This document shows positions 27,215 through 36,140 of a stretch of 64,000 bases of DNA, in pieces. The stretch spans positions 124,001 through 188,000 of IMG/VR virus record IMGVR_UViG_3300028829_003504. One strand, 5' to 3'. The position numbers and the translations under genes are program-made. A model generated the notes under the pieces. It saw only the letters and a list, made by a program, of their open reading frames with translations, did not search any database and was not told the origin of the DNA. Numbering within the stretch: the stretch's first letter is position 1; every line of letters begins with the position of its first letter.

Positions 27215-28060
27215 CTATATACGAGATAAAGCACGTATGGCCTCGCGTTCTTGTTTAATGTAATCGTGTTGATTAGTAATAGACTCGGCGGTAAGTTCAC
27301 CTGTATTACGTGCATCGGCAAGCAAGTGCTTATTAAACAAAGGTCCGTACTTAGAATAGTCACTACGATTAGCTCTGTGTATACCCAAAGCGCAATGGTA
27401 ACAGTAATAGGCGTTAGTACCTGCGTTGAAGAACAATGCAGTGCCCGGTAATTGACAAGCGTTAACATTACAGCGACCGCCTAGCTCCCCTTTACCTTCG
27501 AAGTCATCTTGACTAAGACGATACCCAGAAGGAAAACGATTATCTTTTCGTGTCCCAACGGCAACGACATTACCCCGTAGCGATTTAATCGCGTGCATTA
27601 GGGTAGACACGTTGTACAGGCTGTGAACAGTCATACTATTAGACTCATGTATATGTTTCTCCAAGTCTCGTACTGCCAGCCAATCGTTTAACATGGTAGC
27701 ACCCATGTACGAAGATACTTTTGTTTTCCAGTACAGATCCAAAGATCCTACATTGTCCATCGTACGGGCTTGAGCTTTAATCGATGCGTAATTAACAATA
27801 GGTAAATTACCTTCCGAGAGCACTGAGACATTTAACGATAAGGCGCCTAAGTCCAAATCATCTTTCATGAATTCGACTTTACCTGAGTCATATACTTTAA
27901 ATACAACAGGTGATACTCCCATAAGAGTCTTAGGAAACAGTTGGCCAGGATCTTTAATATCAGTAGACTCAAGTAACAGTAAACCTGTAGAGTCGTGCGA
28001 TATAATTCCATCGAACAGTGGTGATAACAAAATGGTGTGAACTAAACAATAAGCTTTCAT
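27215..28060 (-). CDS. Hypothetical protein with C-terminal Zn finger
   Basis: KGELGGRCNVNACQ...YYCYHCA. Confidence 0.75.
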   Translation of the reverse strand: MKAYCLVHTILLSPLFDGIISHDSTGLLLLESTDIKDPGQLFPKTLMGVSPVVFKVYDSGKVEFMKDDLDLGALSLNVSVLSEGNLPIVNYASIKAQARTMDNVGSLDLYWKTKVSSYMGATMLNDWLAVRDLEKHIHESNSMTVHSLYNVSTLMHAIKSLRGNVVAVGTRKDNRFPSGYRLSQDDFEGKGELGGRCNVNACQLPGTALFFNAGTNAYYCYHCALGIHRANRSDYSKYGPLFNKHLLADARNTGELTAESITNQHDYIKQEREAIRALSRI

Positions 28061-28165
28061 TAGGTATTTCCTATAGATAAAAATTAGCGGTGCGATTAGG
28101 TGTAAGCCAGAACAAAGCGTCAGCTAAGATAAGTAAGAATATGTCAGCCTCTCTGGAGACTAAGG

Positions 28166-28966
28166 TTAAGCACTGTCGTTTAACTCGGCAGTGTAATATT
28201 GAATAGTAGGTAGTGTGCCTTTCTTCTTACGTAACCATTTACGTACACGCTCATGCAACTTACCTGTTGTGTTCTTACCTTGTCGATCGGTATCAACTCC
28301 CCAGAATTTCTCTTTGTCCCAGGGGGCTATCTCAACAATAGGCACATCCTCGGTTCCCATAAGCATCTCGCCCATAACTACATTCTGAGAGTACTTGGCT
28401 TTAAGAATCTCAAACATAATAGACTCTTTAACTTCATCCCAATCATCGCGTAATGGACAGCCTGCTTTAGCGCTGCCTTGATAACGGGCATCTTTAGGCT
28501 TTATGCAATTGCGAATCTTAGTGCGATGTTCGGCGCTTTCCGTTTTCATGTACTGGAAGGCCTGTTCAGCACTATAGAACATTATGTATGCGTCGTTCAC
28601 TAAACAATAGACTGGTGCAACGTGCATATTGCTAAAGATTTCATACCCAGGAGTAGTAACCTTACCGAATGTTATTTCATTGTGCTTGAAAGGTTTAGGT
28701 TTAGGTTTAGGTTTACGTAGACCGGGAGCCTTTTTAATCTTAACGTCAGTGTCGTCACGCGTAGAAGATTTCTTTTTCTTAGTAGAGGCTTTTTTGGTCT
28801 CAGGAGATTCGGATTTAGCATCAAGCTTCTCCACAGACGCACGTATGCGTTCTACTGTAAGCTTGCCTGGGATATCAAACTCTCGTAATTCTTTTAAAAG
28901 CTTTAAAGTTGATTTGCCTCGGTAGCCAATCTTACGTAAGGCTGGCATAAGTTTAATTTGAGCCAC
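28166..28966 (-). CDS. NADAR (YbiA-like) protein with Lys-rich N-terminal extension
   Basis: FSNMH, SAEQAFQYMK, WDEVKESIM..ILKAKYSQN, IVEIAPWD..FWG, GKNTTGK. Confidence 0.9.
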   Translation of the reverse strand: MAQIKLMPALRKIGYRGKSTLKLLKELREFDIPGKLTVERIRASVEKLDAKSESPETKKASTKKKKSSTRDDTDVKIKKAPGLRKPKPKPKPFKHNEITFGKVTTPGYEIFSNMHVAPVYCLVNDAYIMFYSAEQAFQYMKTESAEHRTKIRNCIKPKDARYQGSAKAGCPLRDDWDEVKESIMFEILKAKYSQNVVMGEMLMGTEDVPIVEIAPWDKEKFWGVDTDRQGKNTTGKLHERVRKWLRKKKGTLPTIQYYTAELNDSA

Positions 28967-29153
28967 AATTGCTCTCCTGTTCTAAGTTCTGTTGCATAAA
29001 TTGAAGTACTGAGCACCGTTTACACTTATGTGCAAGTGTCCAGCCTTCTCCAAAGTCCATTCCGTTAATTGGGTTGTCATCGCTGCAATTAATACGCTCG
29101 TGTTCAGGGAACATGGCATCTAACAGCATTTTATTATTTGTCATAGACATCAT
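28953..29153 (-). CDS. Small Cys/His protein
   Basis: PEHERINCSD...CKRC; overlaps both neighbours. Confidence 0.6.
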   Translation of the reverse strand: MMSMTNNKMLLDAMFPEHERINCSDDNPINGMDFGEGWTLAHKCKRCSVLQFMQQNLEQESNCGSN

Positions 29154-29907
29154 TCCACTTTTTACCTAATGATCGGACTTCAAGGCCCCGGCTAAACAAG
29201 TCCGTTAAGTAGATGTGTTGATCTTTTGCTTCTTCGATACGGGCCAGGGAGTTTTTCTTTATTTCCTTAATTATGTCAGGAAGTTGCTCCTTAGTTTCAC
29301 CTTTTAGGACTTTACGTCCGTCGGCTTTGTTGTGTAAATTTTTATACAGCGATATAGTTTTATCGGTACTACCTAATATGTAAGAAGCGAGTTCTTCAAG
29401 CTCCTCACCATTCAGTTCCCAACTCTGTATGTGATTAACAAACCAGCGCTCGCCTATTACACGGGAGTCGATAGGAGATAGCTTATTAGGAGTAAGGTGT
29501 CCAGATCTATGTTTAATTATGCACATTCTATTTTCACAGAGAGGGCTACCGCAGACAAGACCCATAGTAGAATCGCAGTTATGATTAGACTGTCCTCCAC
29601 ATAGAGAGCATTTCTCCTCTAGGTGACTGAGGCAAAAGTCCGTACCGTCAATACAAACTTTACCGCAAGTGCCTTGCCAAGCTTCGTCGTAGATGCACGT
29701 TGTATTACGCGTGTATTCAGCAGCACCTAAGTAATGATCTTGATTTACTTTCGGTACGGTAGTCGCAGCTTCGAAGTTGTATGTATGACCTGAGTAAGTT
29801 AAAGATTCAGGCCATTCAGTAAGAGCTTTCTTACTAAAGATAGTAACTACTTTGCCTTCAATACCTGCTGCGTAAAATACGGCAGGGTCTAAGTTAATTT
29901 GAGCCAT
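29134..29907 (-). CDS. Cys-rich Zn-binding hypothetical protein
   Basis: Start MAQINL; CIY..AW.GTCGK...FCLSH...CSLCG...CGSPLC. Confidence 0.75.
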   Translation of the reverse strand: MAQINLDPAVFYAAGIEGKVVTIFSKKALTEWPESLTYSGHTYNFEAATTVPKVNQDHYLGAAEYTRNTTCIYDEAWQGTCGKVCIDGTDFCLSHLEEKCSLCGGQSNHNCDSTMGLVCGSPLCENRMCIIKHRSGHLTPNKLSPIDSRVIGERWFVNHIQSWELNGEELEELASYILGSTDKTISLYKNLHNKADGRKVLKGETKEQLPDIIKEIKKNSLARIEEAKDQHIYLTDLFSRGLEVRSLGKKWNDVYDK

Positions 29908-30295
29908 TAGCCTTCTCCTCGAACTCAGGGAACATAACAATGATGCGACCTTTAACTAAGGAGATAAGATCCTTAATTTCTTCTCCATCCATTTTAAATG
30001 TTTCAGTAAGGTAGCGCTTAGCTCTATCCAGGTTTAGTTCAAAATTACCATATTCTACTATTTGCATTTGCACAGTAGCACTGACCATTGCTCTGTTTCC
30101 GTACTTGCCGTCAATATATGCGTATAGTGCTGCAACCCCTCCGTTATGTAGTATAGAATCATTAAGTCCTGGGTTCGAATCAGGAATATCATTAAGCAGA
30201 GTAGCCACCAGCTTATCTATCGTCATTTCAACGTCAGGTATTATAACCAACATAGACATTTGGTTAAGTGTATTGGTTTGGAATAAGGTACCCAT
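29894..30295 (-). CDS. Hypothetical protein
   Basis: 133 aa, AGGAG RBS. Confidence 0.7.
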   Translation of the reverse strand: MGTLFQTNTLNQMSMLVIIPDVEMTIDKLVATLLNDIPDSNPGLNDSILHNGGVAALYAYIDGKYGNRAMVSATVQMQIVEYGNFELNLDRAKRYLTETFKMDGEEIKDLISLVKGRIIVMFPEFEEKANGSN

Positions 30296-30304
30296 ATCAA
30301 TCTC

Positions 30305-31609
30305 CTATATATTTGATTTAGAGTAGAGGACAGCTTGATTGTCGTCTTCGGATTCTACTTTCTTGATGAATCCATACGCTTCGAACTTATCAAGTATGTA
30401 GGAACTATGCCAGTTGCTCATTATGTTTGATGCCTTTTCAAATTCATCACTAGTAAATGGGGATTCTAAATTATCTAAGGCTTTAGTCGCCGTTATAATA
30501 ATCTGAAACTCTCTCTTCTGATAGCCTTGAGGATCAATAAATTCTTCCCATACCTTTAAAGAAGTATAACCTCCACGTGGATCTTTTTCAGTAATGTAAT
30601 TAGCTATGTGAGACAGAACGGTGTACCCGTTAGCCATAAGCGTTTCGAGTTCATCGACAAGTAGTTCATCTTCGGTAAACTTACTTTCGTCAGTCTGCTT
30701 AGTACCGCGCCAACGATTATGCTGTTTGTAATCACCGTTATCTATTTCTTGGAAACGAAGACTCATGTAATGGAGAACCTCACTAAGTCCCGGCTTCGTG
30801 GGTTCAGGTATTGTCATAAACGTAATATGGTCAGCCCACTCTGTGCTTACTTTCCGGGCAGAAGGAGTGTAGGCTCTCAGAGTTGAGAGCAGATCAACTC
30901 CAGCACGTTCCCAGAGTTCGATGTCATCCTCGACGTCAATAACGTCTTCCATTAGGTAAACGGCTCTGGCTATATCCTGCTTGTTGTATGCCGCTGCGAC
31001 AAGTTCATCAAACAAATGCTGGAATGAATCATACGCTTTACTAAAGTCCGTAGTCTCGAACTCAACGCCAGCGACTTCTAATATACGGGTCCACTCTTTT
31101 ATCATAGCTATAATGGAATGAGGTACACTATCAGGATTAAGATTAAAGTCAGGTATAGGTGATTCATACACTACAGGCTGAGGTGTTTTAGTTAAGCGAG
31201 TAACAATGTTAACCGAATCTTTAACTACAAGTGGTTGGCATATAACAGATTCCTGAGGTGTGCTAAATAAAGAATCCTGTAACCTTGCTTGCATATCGTT
31301 ACAGAACTTAAGTCCTTTTGGAGATACATGGAATTCGTACTGATAAGGCCTATCTTTGAGAATACCATTGACCGTATAGTCGTTTAATTTAAGGTCAACC
31401 CGTTTAGCCTCCAGATTGTCAATGTGTATTTTACAGGAAGTAATGAGGCCTTCGCTATCAAGTCGTAGTAAAGATTCTAAAGCCTCTCGGTAAGGCGAGT
31501 CAAAGTCGGCTGCGTCTTTCTTATATACAAAGACTAGGTCTTCCAGTACAACGCCTCGAGGTGTTATTGCTAAAAATATTTGCGTATCTTTTAAAGTTAT
31601 ATTGTGCAT
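30305..31609 (-). CDS. Hypothetical protein
   Basis: 434 aa, AAGGA RBS. Confidence 0.75.
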   Translation of the reverse strand: MHNITLKDTQIFLAITPRGVVLEDLVFVYKKDAADFDSPYREALESLLRLDSEGLITSCKIHIDNLEAKRVDLKLNDYTVNGILKDRPYQYEFHVSPKGLKFCNDMQARLQDSLFSTPQESVICQPLVVKDSVNIVTRLTKTPQPVVYESPIPDFNLNPDSVPHSIIAMIKEWTRILEVAGVEFETTDFSKAYDSFQHLFDELVAAAYNKQDIARAVYLMEDVIDVEDDIELWERAGVDLLSTLRAYTPSARKVSTEWADHITFMTIPEPTKPGLSEVLHYMSLRFQEIDNGDYKQHNRWRGTKQTDESKFTEDELLVDELETLMANGYTVLSHIANYITEKDPRGGYTSLKVWEEFIDPQGYQKREFQIIITATKALDNLESPFTSDEFEKASNIMSNWHSSYILDKFEAYGFIKKVESEDDNQAVLYSKSNI

Positions 31610-31621
31610 ATCTGTTCCTTA

Positions 31622-32665
31622 TTAAGAATGGGTAATGATTTTTTGTTTTACGGCCTGTAGATAAAGTTGACCGCTAGCTAAGTTTTTGGCCTTGGCCTCA
31701 CACATGATATCGAATTCAGGTAAAAATGAAAGGGCCCAGCTATTCATTCTTTTATTACCGAACAACATACTGTGGGCACGTAGTTTAGTTTTTGGGAAAC
31801 CCATAGAGATAAGTTCGTCAAAGTTGAACATTCTATTTCTAGGTAATCCTAAAGTGTACTGCTCTTTACTATTTGAATAATGGATTGTAGGTCTTTTTCC
31901 ACGCCAACTGTCTTTTATGTACTTTAACCTCCCATCAGTAGATCTTATATATTCACCTTCACTGTTAATCCAATGGTGATGAATATCTAATACCAAGCCA
32001 ATTTTCTTATACAAAGGTAGCAGGTCATCTATACTGGCTCCAAACTCGTCGTTTTCTAAAGTAATAACTCTACGGGCTTCAGGTGACAGTCTGCTATAGG
32101 TCCGTTTAAACTCAGGTATTCCACCCCGACCAGATAGATGCACATTGACCTTCATGTCCAACTTCTTCTTTGCAAAACCTAAATATTTACAAATGTCTAC
32201 ATGATGCTCAAATTCCAATAGGGACGATGATACTACTTCAGGTTTATCGGAAGCTAGAACCGTAAACTGACCTGGATGGAAAGATAACTTAACGTTCAGT
32301 CTACGTGCAAGGTCCCCTACAGGTTTAAGATTATCGGATAGATACTTCTGTACATCGGGTTTATCATAGAACCAAGACCACGTCCTGTGTGTTGCGCCTG
32401 GACATATACTTGAACCTAGGCGCAACATACGTAGTTGTTCTGGGTACTCAGATAACTTGCGTACTAAGTTACGTATGGCTTTACAGTTGTTTTGCATAAT
32501 CTCATATAGACGGTCCTCTGCAATACTCTTGTTTTCATTTAACCATTTTATAGTAGTGCTCTGGAACCTGTAAGGTTTTACCCAACGCTCGGATTCTGCT
32601 TTAGATGAAGCTTGTGCTTCTACATCGGGAGGTAACTCGTACACGCACGCAAATCCAATCTTCAT
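31622..32665 (-). CDS. uvsE: UV damage endonuclease UvsE/UVDE
   Basis: KIGFAC, RMLRLGS, LSFHPGQFTVLAS, ITLENDE, LVLDIHHHW, HYS, LRAHS, DIMCEAKAKNLA. Confidence 0.95.
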   Translation of the reverse strand: MKIGFACVYELPPDVEAQASSKAESERWVKPYRFQSTTIKWLNENKSIAEDRLYEIMQNNCKAIRNLVRKLSEYPEQLRMLRLGSSICPGATHRTWSWFYDKPDVQKYLSDNLKPVGDLARRLNVKLSFHPGQFTVLASDKPEVVSSSLLEFEHHVDICKYLGFAKKKLDMKVNVHLSGRGGIPEFKRTYSRLSPEARRVITLENDEFGASIDDLLPLYKKIGLVLDIHHHWINSEGEYIRSTDGRLKYIKDSWRGKRPTIHYSNSKEQYTLGLPRNRMFNFDELISMGFPKTKLRAHSMLFGNKRMNSWALSFLPEFDIMCEAKAKNLASGQLYLQAVKQKIITHS

Positions 32666-32705
32666 AATAGATATCCTTGTATATAGATTTAATCGCTAGC
32701 TAGGT

Positions 32706-33281
32706 TTAGCTGTAGCGTGGCTTTTTCTTTTTTAGCTTCTTTCTCTTAGGACCCTTCCTTAAATCCTTAACCAACATCTTAGATACCATCTTAAATACGG
32801 CTAGGCTTTCTTCCTCGCCTAGACTCGCAATAGATTCTTGTAACAAGGAACTAACATCTAGTCTATGTTTATGGAGGTCGACCCATTCTCCGTTTTCATC
32901 GCTCCCATAAGAATGTATGCGATGCTTGTACGCAATGTAATGACCGCCGACAGTAGGGTCTATGTCTATAATTACGCGGTCTTCTTCTAGGCTTAAATGG
33001 AAAGCCATAGTTAGTCCTTCAACATCCGTTGTGAATTCCATAGAATCGTCGCCGCACACTGAATCGCTACTGGGGAACAATTCAATTACAGATCGAATAC
33101 TAACTATCAGGTTAGTCCATATAGGCTTAAAATCTCCGGCCACAATAAAAGTATTACGGGTTTTGTGTATCTTACCTAAACTCAACGTATTAATTTTTAC
33201 GGTATCCTTTAAGGAAGTTTCAGGGTTGCTTAATACGGCAAGGATGCTCGTTATTGAAGTTTCTAAGTTTGACGATTTCAT
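32706..33281 (-). CDS. Hypothetical protein with basic tail
   Basis: 191 aa. Confidence 0.7.
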   Translation of the reverse strand: MKSSNLETSITSILAVLSNPETSLKDTVKINTLSLGKIHKTRNTFIVAGDFKPIWTNLIVSIRSVIELFPSSDSVCGDDSMEFTTDVEGLTMAFHLSLEEDRVIIDIDPTVGGHYIAYKHRIHSYGSDENGEWVDLHKHRLDVSSLLQESIASLGEEESLAVFKMVSKMLVKDLRKGPKRKKLKKKKPRYS

Positions 33282-33293
33282 TTTGTTTTCCTT

Positions 33294-33761
33294 TTAAGAA
33301 TTGATTGACTCTTTAGTAATTATGTCAACAGGTGCAAGTTCGTACTTAACAACACAATCGGTACAGGCATGAATGTGGTTATTAACTTTGCCGTTTAACT
33401 TACCTGCGAAGTGATATAGATTTTCATAATCTTTCAGATTTTCAAAGTTGTAGCCACAGCAGTCACAAGCTAGAGGCTCAGTCGAATTACCATTAGGTAT
33501 AATTACTTCATCTATACAAACGGCAATCGTATTACCTTGAACGTATGCCGCACTAGTTCCTAAGTCCGCTCCAAACGCCTGAACGAAGATGTGCATAGGC
33601 ACGCGATAGAAACCATCGTCGTCAAATGCGAATTCGTCAGTACGGACAGGCGAATCATCTATAAGCTCGACGCCTCTTTTATTAGGTTTGAATCTAACGA
33701 AAGTATTCATGTTTAGCGCAACGTAGGTTCTACTACCTGATACATAAGAGTTGATTTGCAT
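33294..33761 (-). CDS. Hypothetical protein with C-terminal Zn ribbon
   Basis: CDCC...CTDC. Confidence 0.7.
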   Translation of the reverse strand: MQINSYVSGSRTYVALNMNTFVRFKPNKRGVELIDDSPVRTDEFAFDDDGFYRVPMHIFVQAFGADLGTSAAYVQGNTIAVCIDEVIIPNGNSTEPLACDCCGYNFENLKDYENLYHFAGKLNGKVNNHIHACTDCVVKYELAPVDIITKESINS

Positions 33762-33827
33762 TGTTATCTCCGATAATTAAAGGGCCGCACTTTGATACAT
33801 AGGGCTGCGGAATACCCAAGGTAAATA

Positions 33828-34070
33828 TTAGATAAAAGGCTGTGCTGGAATACCTGCGTACTTTGATATAGCGTCGATAATTTCCATGTCGTCGCAGTCA
33901 ACCACAAGAAGTTTAGGTGGTGCTCCTTGAGGACGAATCTCAATTACAATGACTTCAATAGAAAGTTGCCCTTTCTTGAAACCATATCTTGAAACCGATG
34001 CGTTAGCGCCACATGTCCGCAGTAGCATAGTTAAACTTGAAGCTGGGTTATCGCCTAAACATATTAACAT
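33828..34070 (-). CDS. Small hypothetical protein
   Basis: Start MLICLG (AGGAG RBS). Confidence 0.65.
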   Translation of the reverse strand: MLICLGDNPASSLTMLLRTCGANASVSRYGFKKGQLSIEVIVIEIRPQGAPPKLLVVDCDDMEIIDAISKYAGIPAQPFI

Positions 34071-34154
34071 TGTTTTCTCCTGGGTGAATAAAAAATGATG
34101 GGTGAATATAAGATGTTCCATTTCACCCATCGAACATCGCAGCAGTCTCAAGTG

Positions 34155-34892
34155 CTACGAAAGTTTAACTGACTCAATTACTTCTTTACCGATAGTGCCA
34201 CTGTTTGCATCAGCCGCTATATCTTTGTGTAGGCGTAGATCCTTTTCGCCGAATGCGAAGATAACTTGAAACTCTTTACGCATGTCCTTTTGTTTCCATT
34301 CGATGTCCAACTCGGAAGGAAAGACAATCTCGGTCTTAGATAAAGAAGGGTAAACCCTAAGCTGTTCGTTTTCGCTTCTAATGTTAGTCGGTTGATTGAA
34401 GTCTACCTTTCTAACAGCGATCAAGTAGACGTTTTGCTGTGCGGCTAACGGTGCGAGTTTCTTGTGGATGAACTCGCACGTAACAGCTCCAGCCATGTTG
34501 TATCTTCCGCAGATACCTACATCAAAGATTGACTTGTCATCATCTTTGATGAAAGTGTTTACGAAAGTCGCACGGCTTGCACCGTAGCCATAAACTTCCA
34601 TTTGTGTAACGTCACCTTTTCTATACACGCTCATAGTGTCTGTGCCTTTGGACCAGAACGGGCGATACTCGCGGTTCGATTCTAGGTCGGCCGAGTAGAT
34701 TCCGTAATGCGCGTAACCATTAGCAGACCCTACAAGCAATACTAAAGCGTTCGTCAGAGGAATAATGTGGCGCGCCACGTTGCGGCCACTATACTCGTCT
34801 TCATCTTTAACGTGAATTGTTATATCTGGGTAGTTACCGCAGTTCGCCCACCAATTGATTGACAACCTAGTAGGTTCGATTAATTTGCTCAT
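34155..34892 (-). CDS. Hypothetical protein
   Basis: Start MSKLIEP, ATGA coupling to the upstream gene. Confidence 0.75.
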   Translation of the reverse strand: MSKLIEPTRLSINWWANCGNYPDITIHVKDEDEYSGRNVARHIIPLTNALVLLVGSANGYAHYGIYSADLESNREYRPFWSKGTDTMSVYRKGDVTQMEVYGYGASRATFVNTFIKDDDKSIFDVGICGRYNMAGAVTCEFIHKKLAPLAAQQNVYLIAVRKVDFNQPTNIRSENEQLRVYPSLSKTEIVFPSELDIEWKQKDMRKEFQVIFAFGEKDLRLHKDIAADANSGTIGKEVIESVKLS

Positions 34893-35212
34893 TCTTTTTC
34901 TCTCCAAATAGTTAAGTTTGTGGAATCATCAGGTTGACTTTTAAAATTGTGATCTTGGATAGTCGTAGATAACATCTGCAACCCTAGAATACTTTTACCA
35001 GCATAAGGTATTATACCTGTCACGCGTCTGCCTAGTGGAAGACCCAGTACCTCATCCCAACTAGAATAACCTGCAGACTTCGCAAAGGTGTCTGCGGGGT
35101 GCTCGATTTTTACCTCATTAAATGCGTGTTGTTCAGATAGCTTCAATGCGTGGCGAAGTGCAGGAGTCTTATCTAAATCCAACGAGTAATCCAGATTCTG
35201 TGTAAACTTCAT
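34889..35212 (-). CDS. Hypothetical protein
   Basis: 107 aa; FAKSAGYSSWDEV motif. Confidence 0.65.
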   Translation of the reverse strand: MKFTQNLDYSLDLDKTPALRHALKLSEQHAFNEVKIEHPADTFAKSAGYSSWDEVLGLPLGRRVTGIIPYAGKSILGLQMLSTTIQDHNFKSQPDDSTNLTIWREKE

Positions 35213-35223
35213 TATTTAATTCC

Positions 35224-35577
35224 TTATTTGAATAAGCTTTCGGCCAAGTCAGGTTCGTCTGAGTTTTTAACTGCCCAGATAATTTGAGCTTTCAACGCTT
35301 CAAAGAATTCGTTTTTCTTAGTGTGCCATTCACGGCGATCACTATCGTAGTCTTTAGGTGAAAAGAACTCTCTTACAATTAAAGCTTCAAGCATCGAAAC
35401 TTGTGCGGTCTCCAGGGCTTGAGTAGTTTCCCATATATGTATATAAGCCTTGCTGTTGACATAATCATGTAAGCCTATTGACATACCGCCTACGTCAACA
35501 ATTAAACGTTGCATTTCCATAATGGCCGGAACAAGGTGAGGTTGTTGGTTAAGAAAGTTCTTAGGCAATTCTTTCAT
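35224..35577 (-). CDS. Hypothetical protein
   Basis: 117 aa, GGAG RBS. Confidence 0.7.
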   Translation of the reverse strand: MKELPKNFLNQQPHLVPAIMEMQRLIVDVGGMSIGLHDYVNSKAYIHIWETTQALETAQVSMLEALIVREFFSPKDYDSDRREWHTKKNEFFEALKAQIIWAVKNSDEPDLAESLFK

Positions 35578-35666
35578 TAGTTAATCTCCGTTGCTTTACC
35601 ACGTTGCGTCCGCAGATTGGTAAATTGATTGGGCTCTTTTAGCAGTAGTCATTTGGGTAATACCTT

Positions 35667-35876
35667 TTATAGTTGTTTTACTTTAACTAGGGAGTAACAG
35701 TCTTTAAATTTAGCTAGGCGTTCGGAAGACCACGCTTCTTGGTAGTCATCACGGAGTTCTCCATTCAAACAGACGTACTCACTACCATCGGTGAATCTAA
35801 ACATCTTCTTTGGGTATAGACCGCAATCAACGGCGACTTTATATACGCCGTAGTCCTCAAGTATAAGTTGCGACAT
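35667..35876 (-). CDS. Small hypothetical protein
   Basis: 69 aa, AAGGA RBS, first gene after a promoter. Confidence 0.7.
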   Translation of the reverse strand: MSQLILEDYGVYKVAVDCGLYPKKMFRFTDGSEYVCLNGELRDDYQEAWSSERLAKFKDCYSLVKVKQL

Positions 35877-36140
35877 ATTAACATTCCTTTAGTTTAAATC
35901 AATATAGTTGTCTTGCTCTTTATGTCTTAGTATAACACATCGTAGCTATCAGTAATATAGCATAATAAGACGGCATTAGGCAGTGAAATACAGAGCATAC
36001 AGCTAGCTAGAGAGCGCCTGAGGCTGGTGGTTTTTAGCTTCAATATGAAGTACTAGAAAGGACGAAATGTCTTTAAAAGGGGTAGTATGTAGTCATCCTT
36101 CTCTCGCATACCCCACCCATTGTAAGCTGATCAATACCTT

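Noticed and set aside
36018-36070. Possible hammerhead ribozyme (CTGAGG...GACGAAA)
   Set aside because: The core needs CUGANGA but reads CTGAGGC, and the stems do not close.
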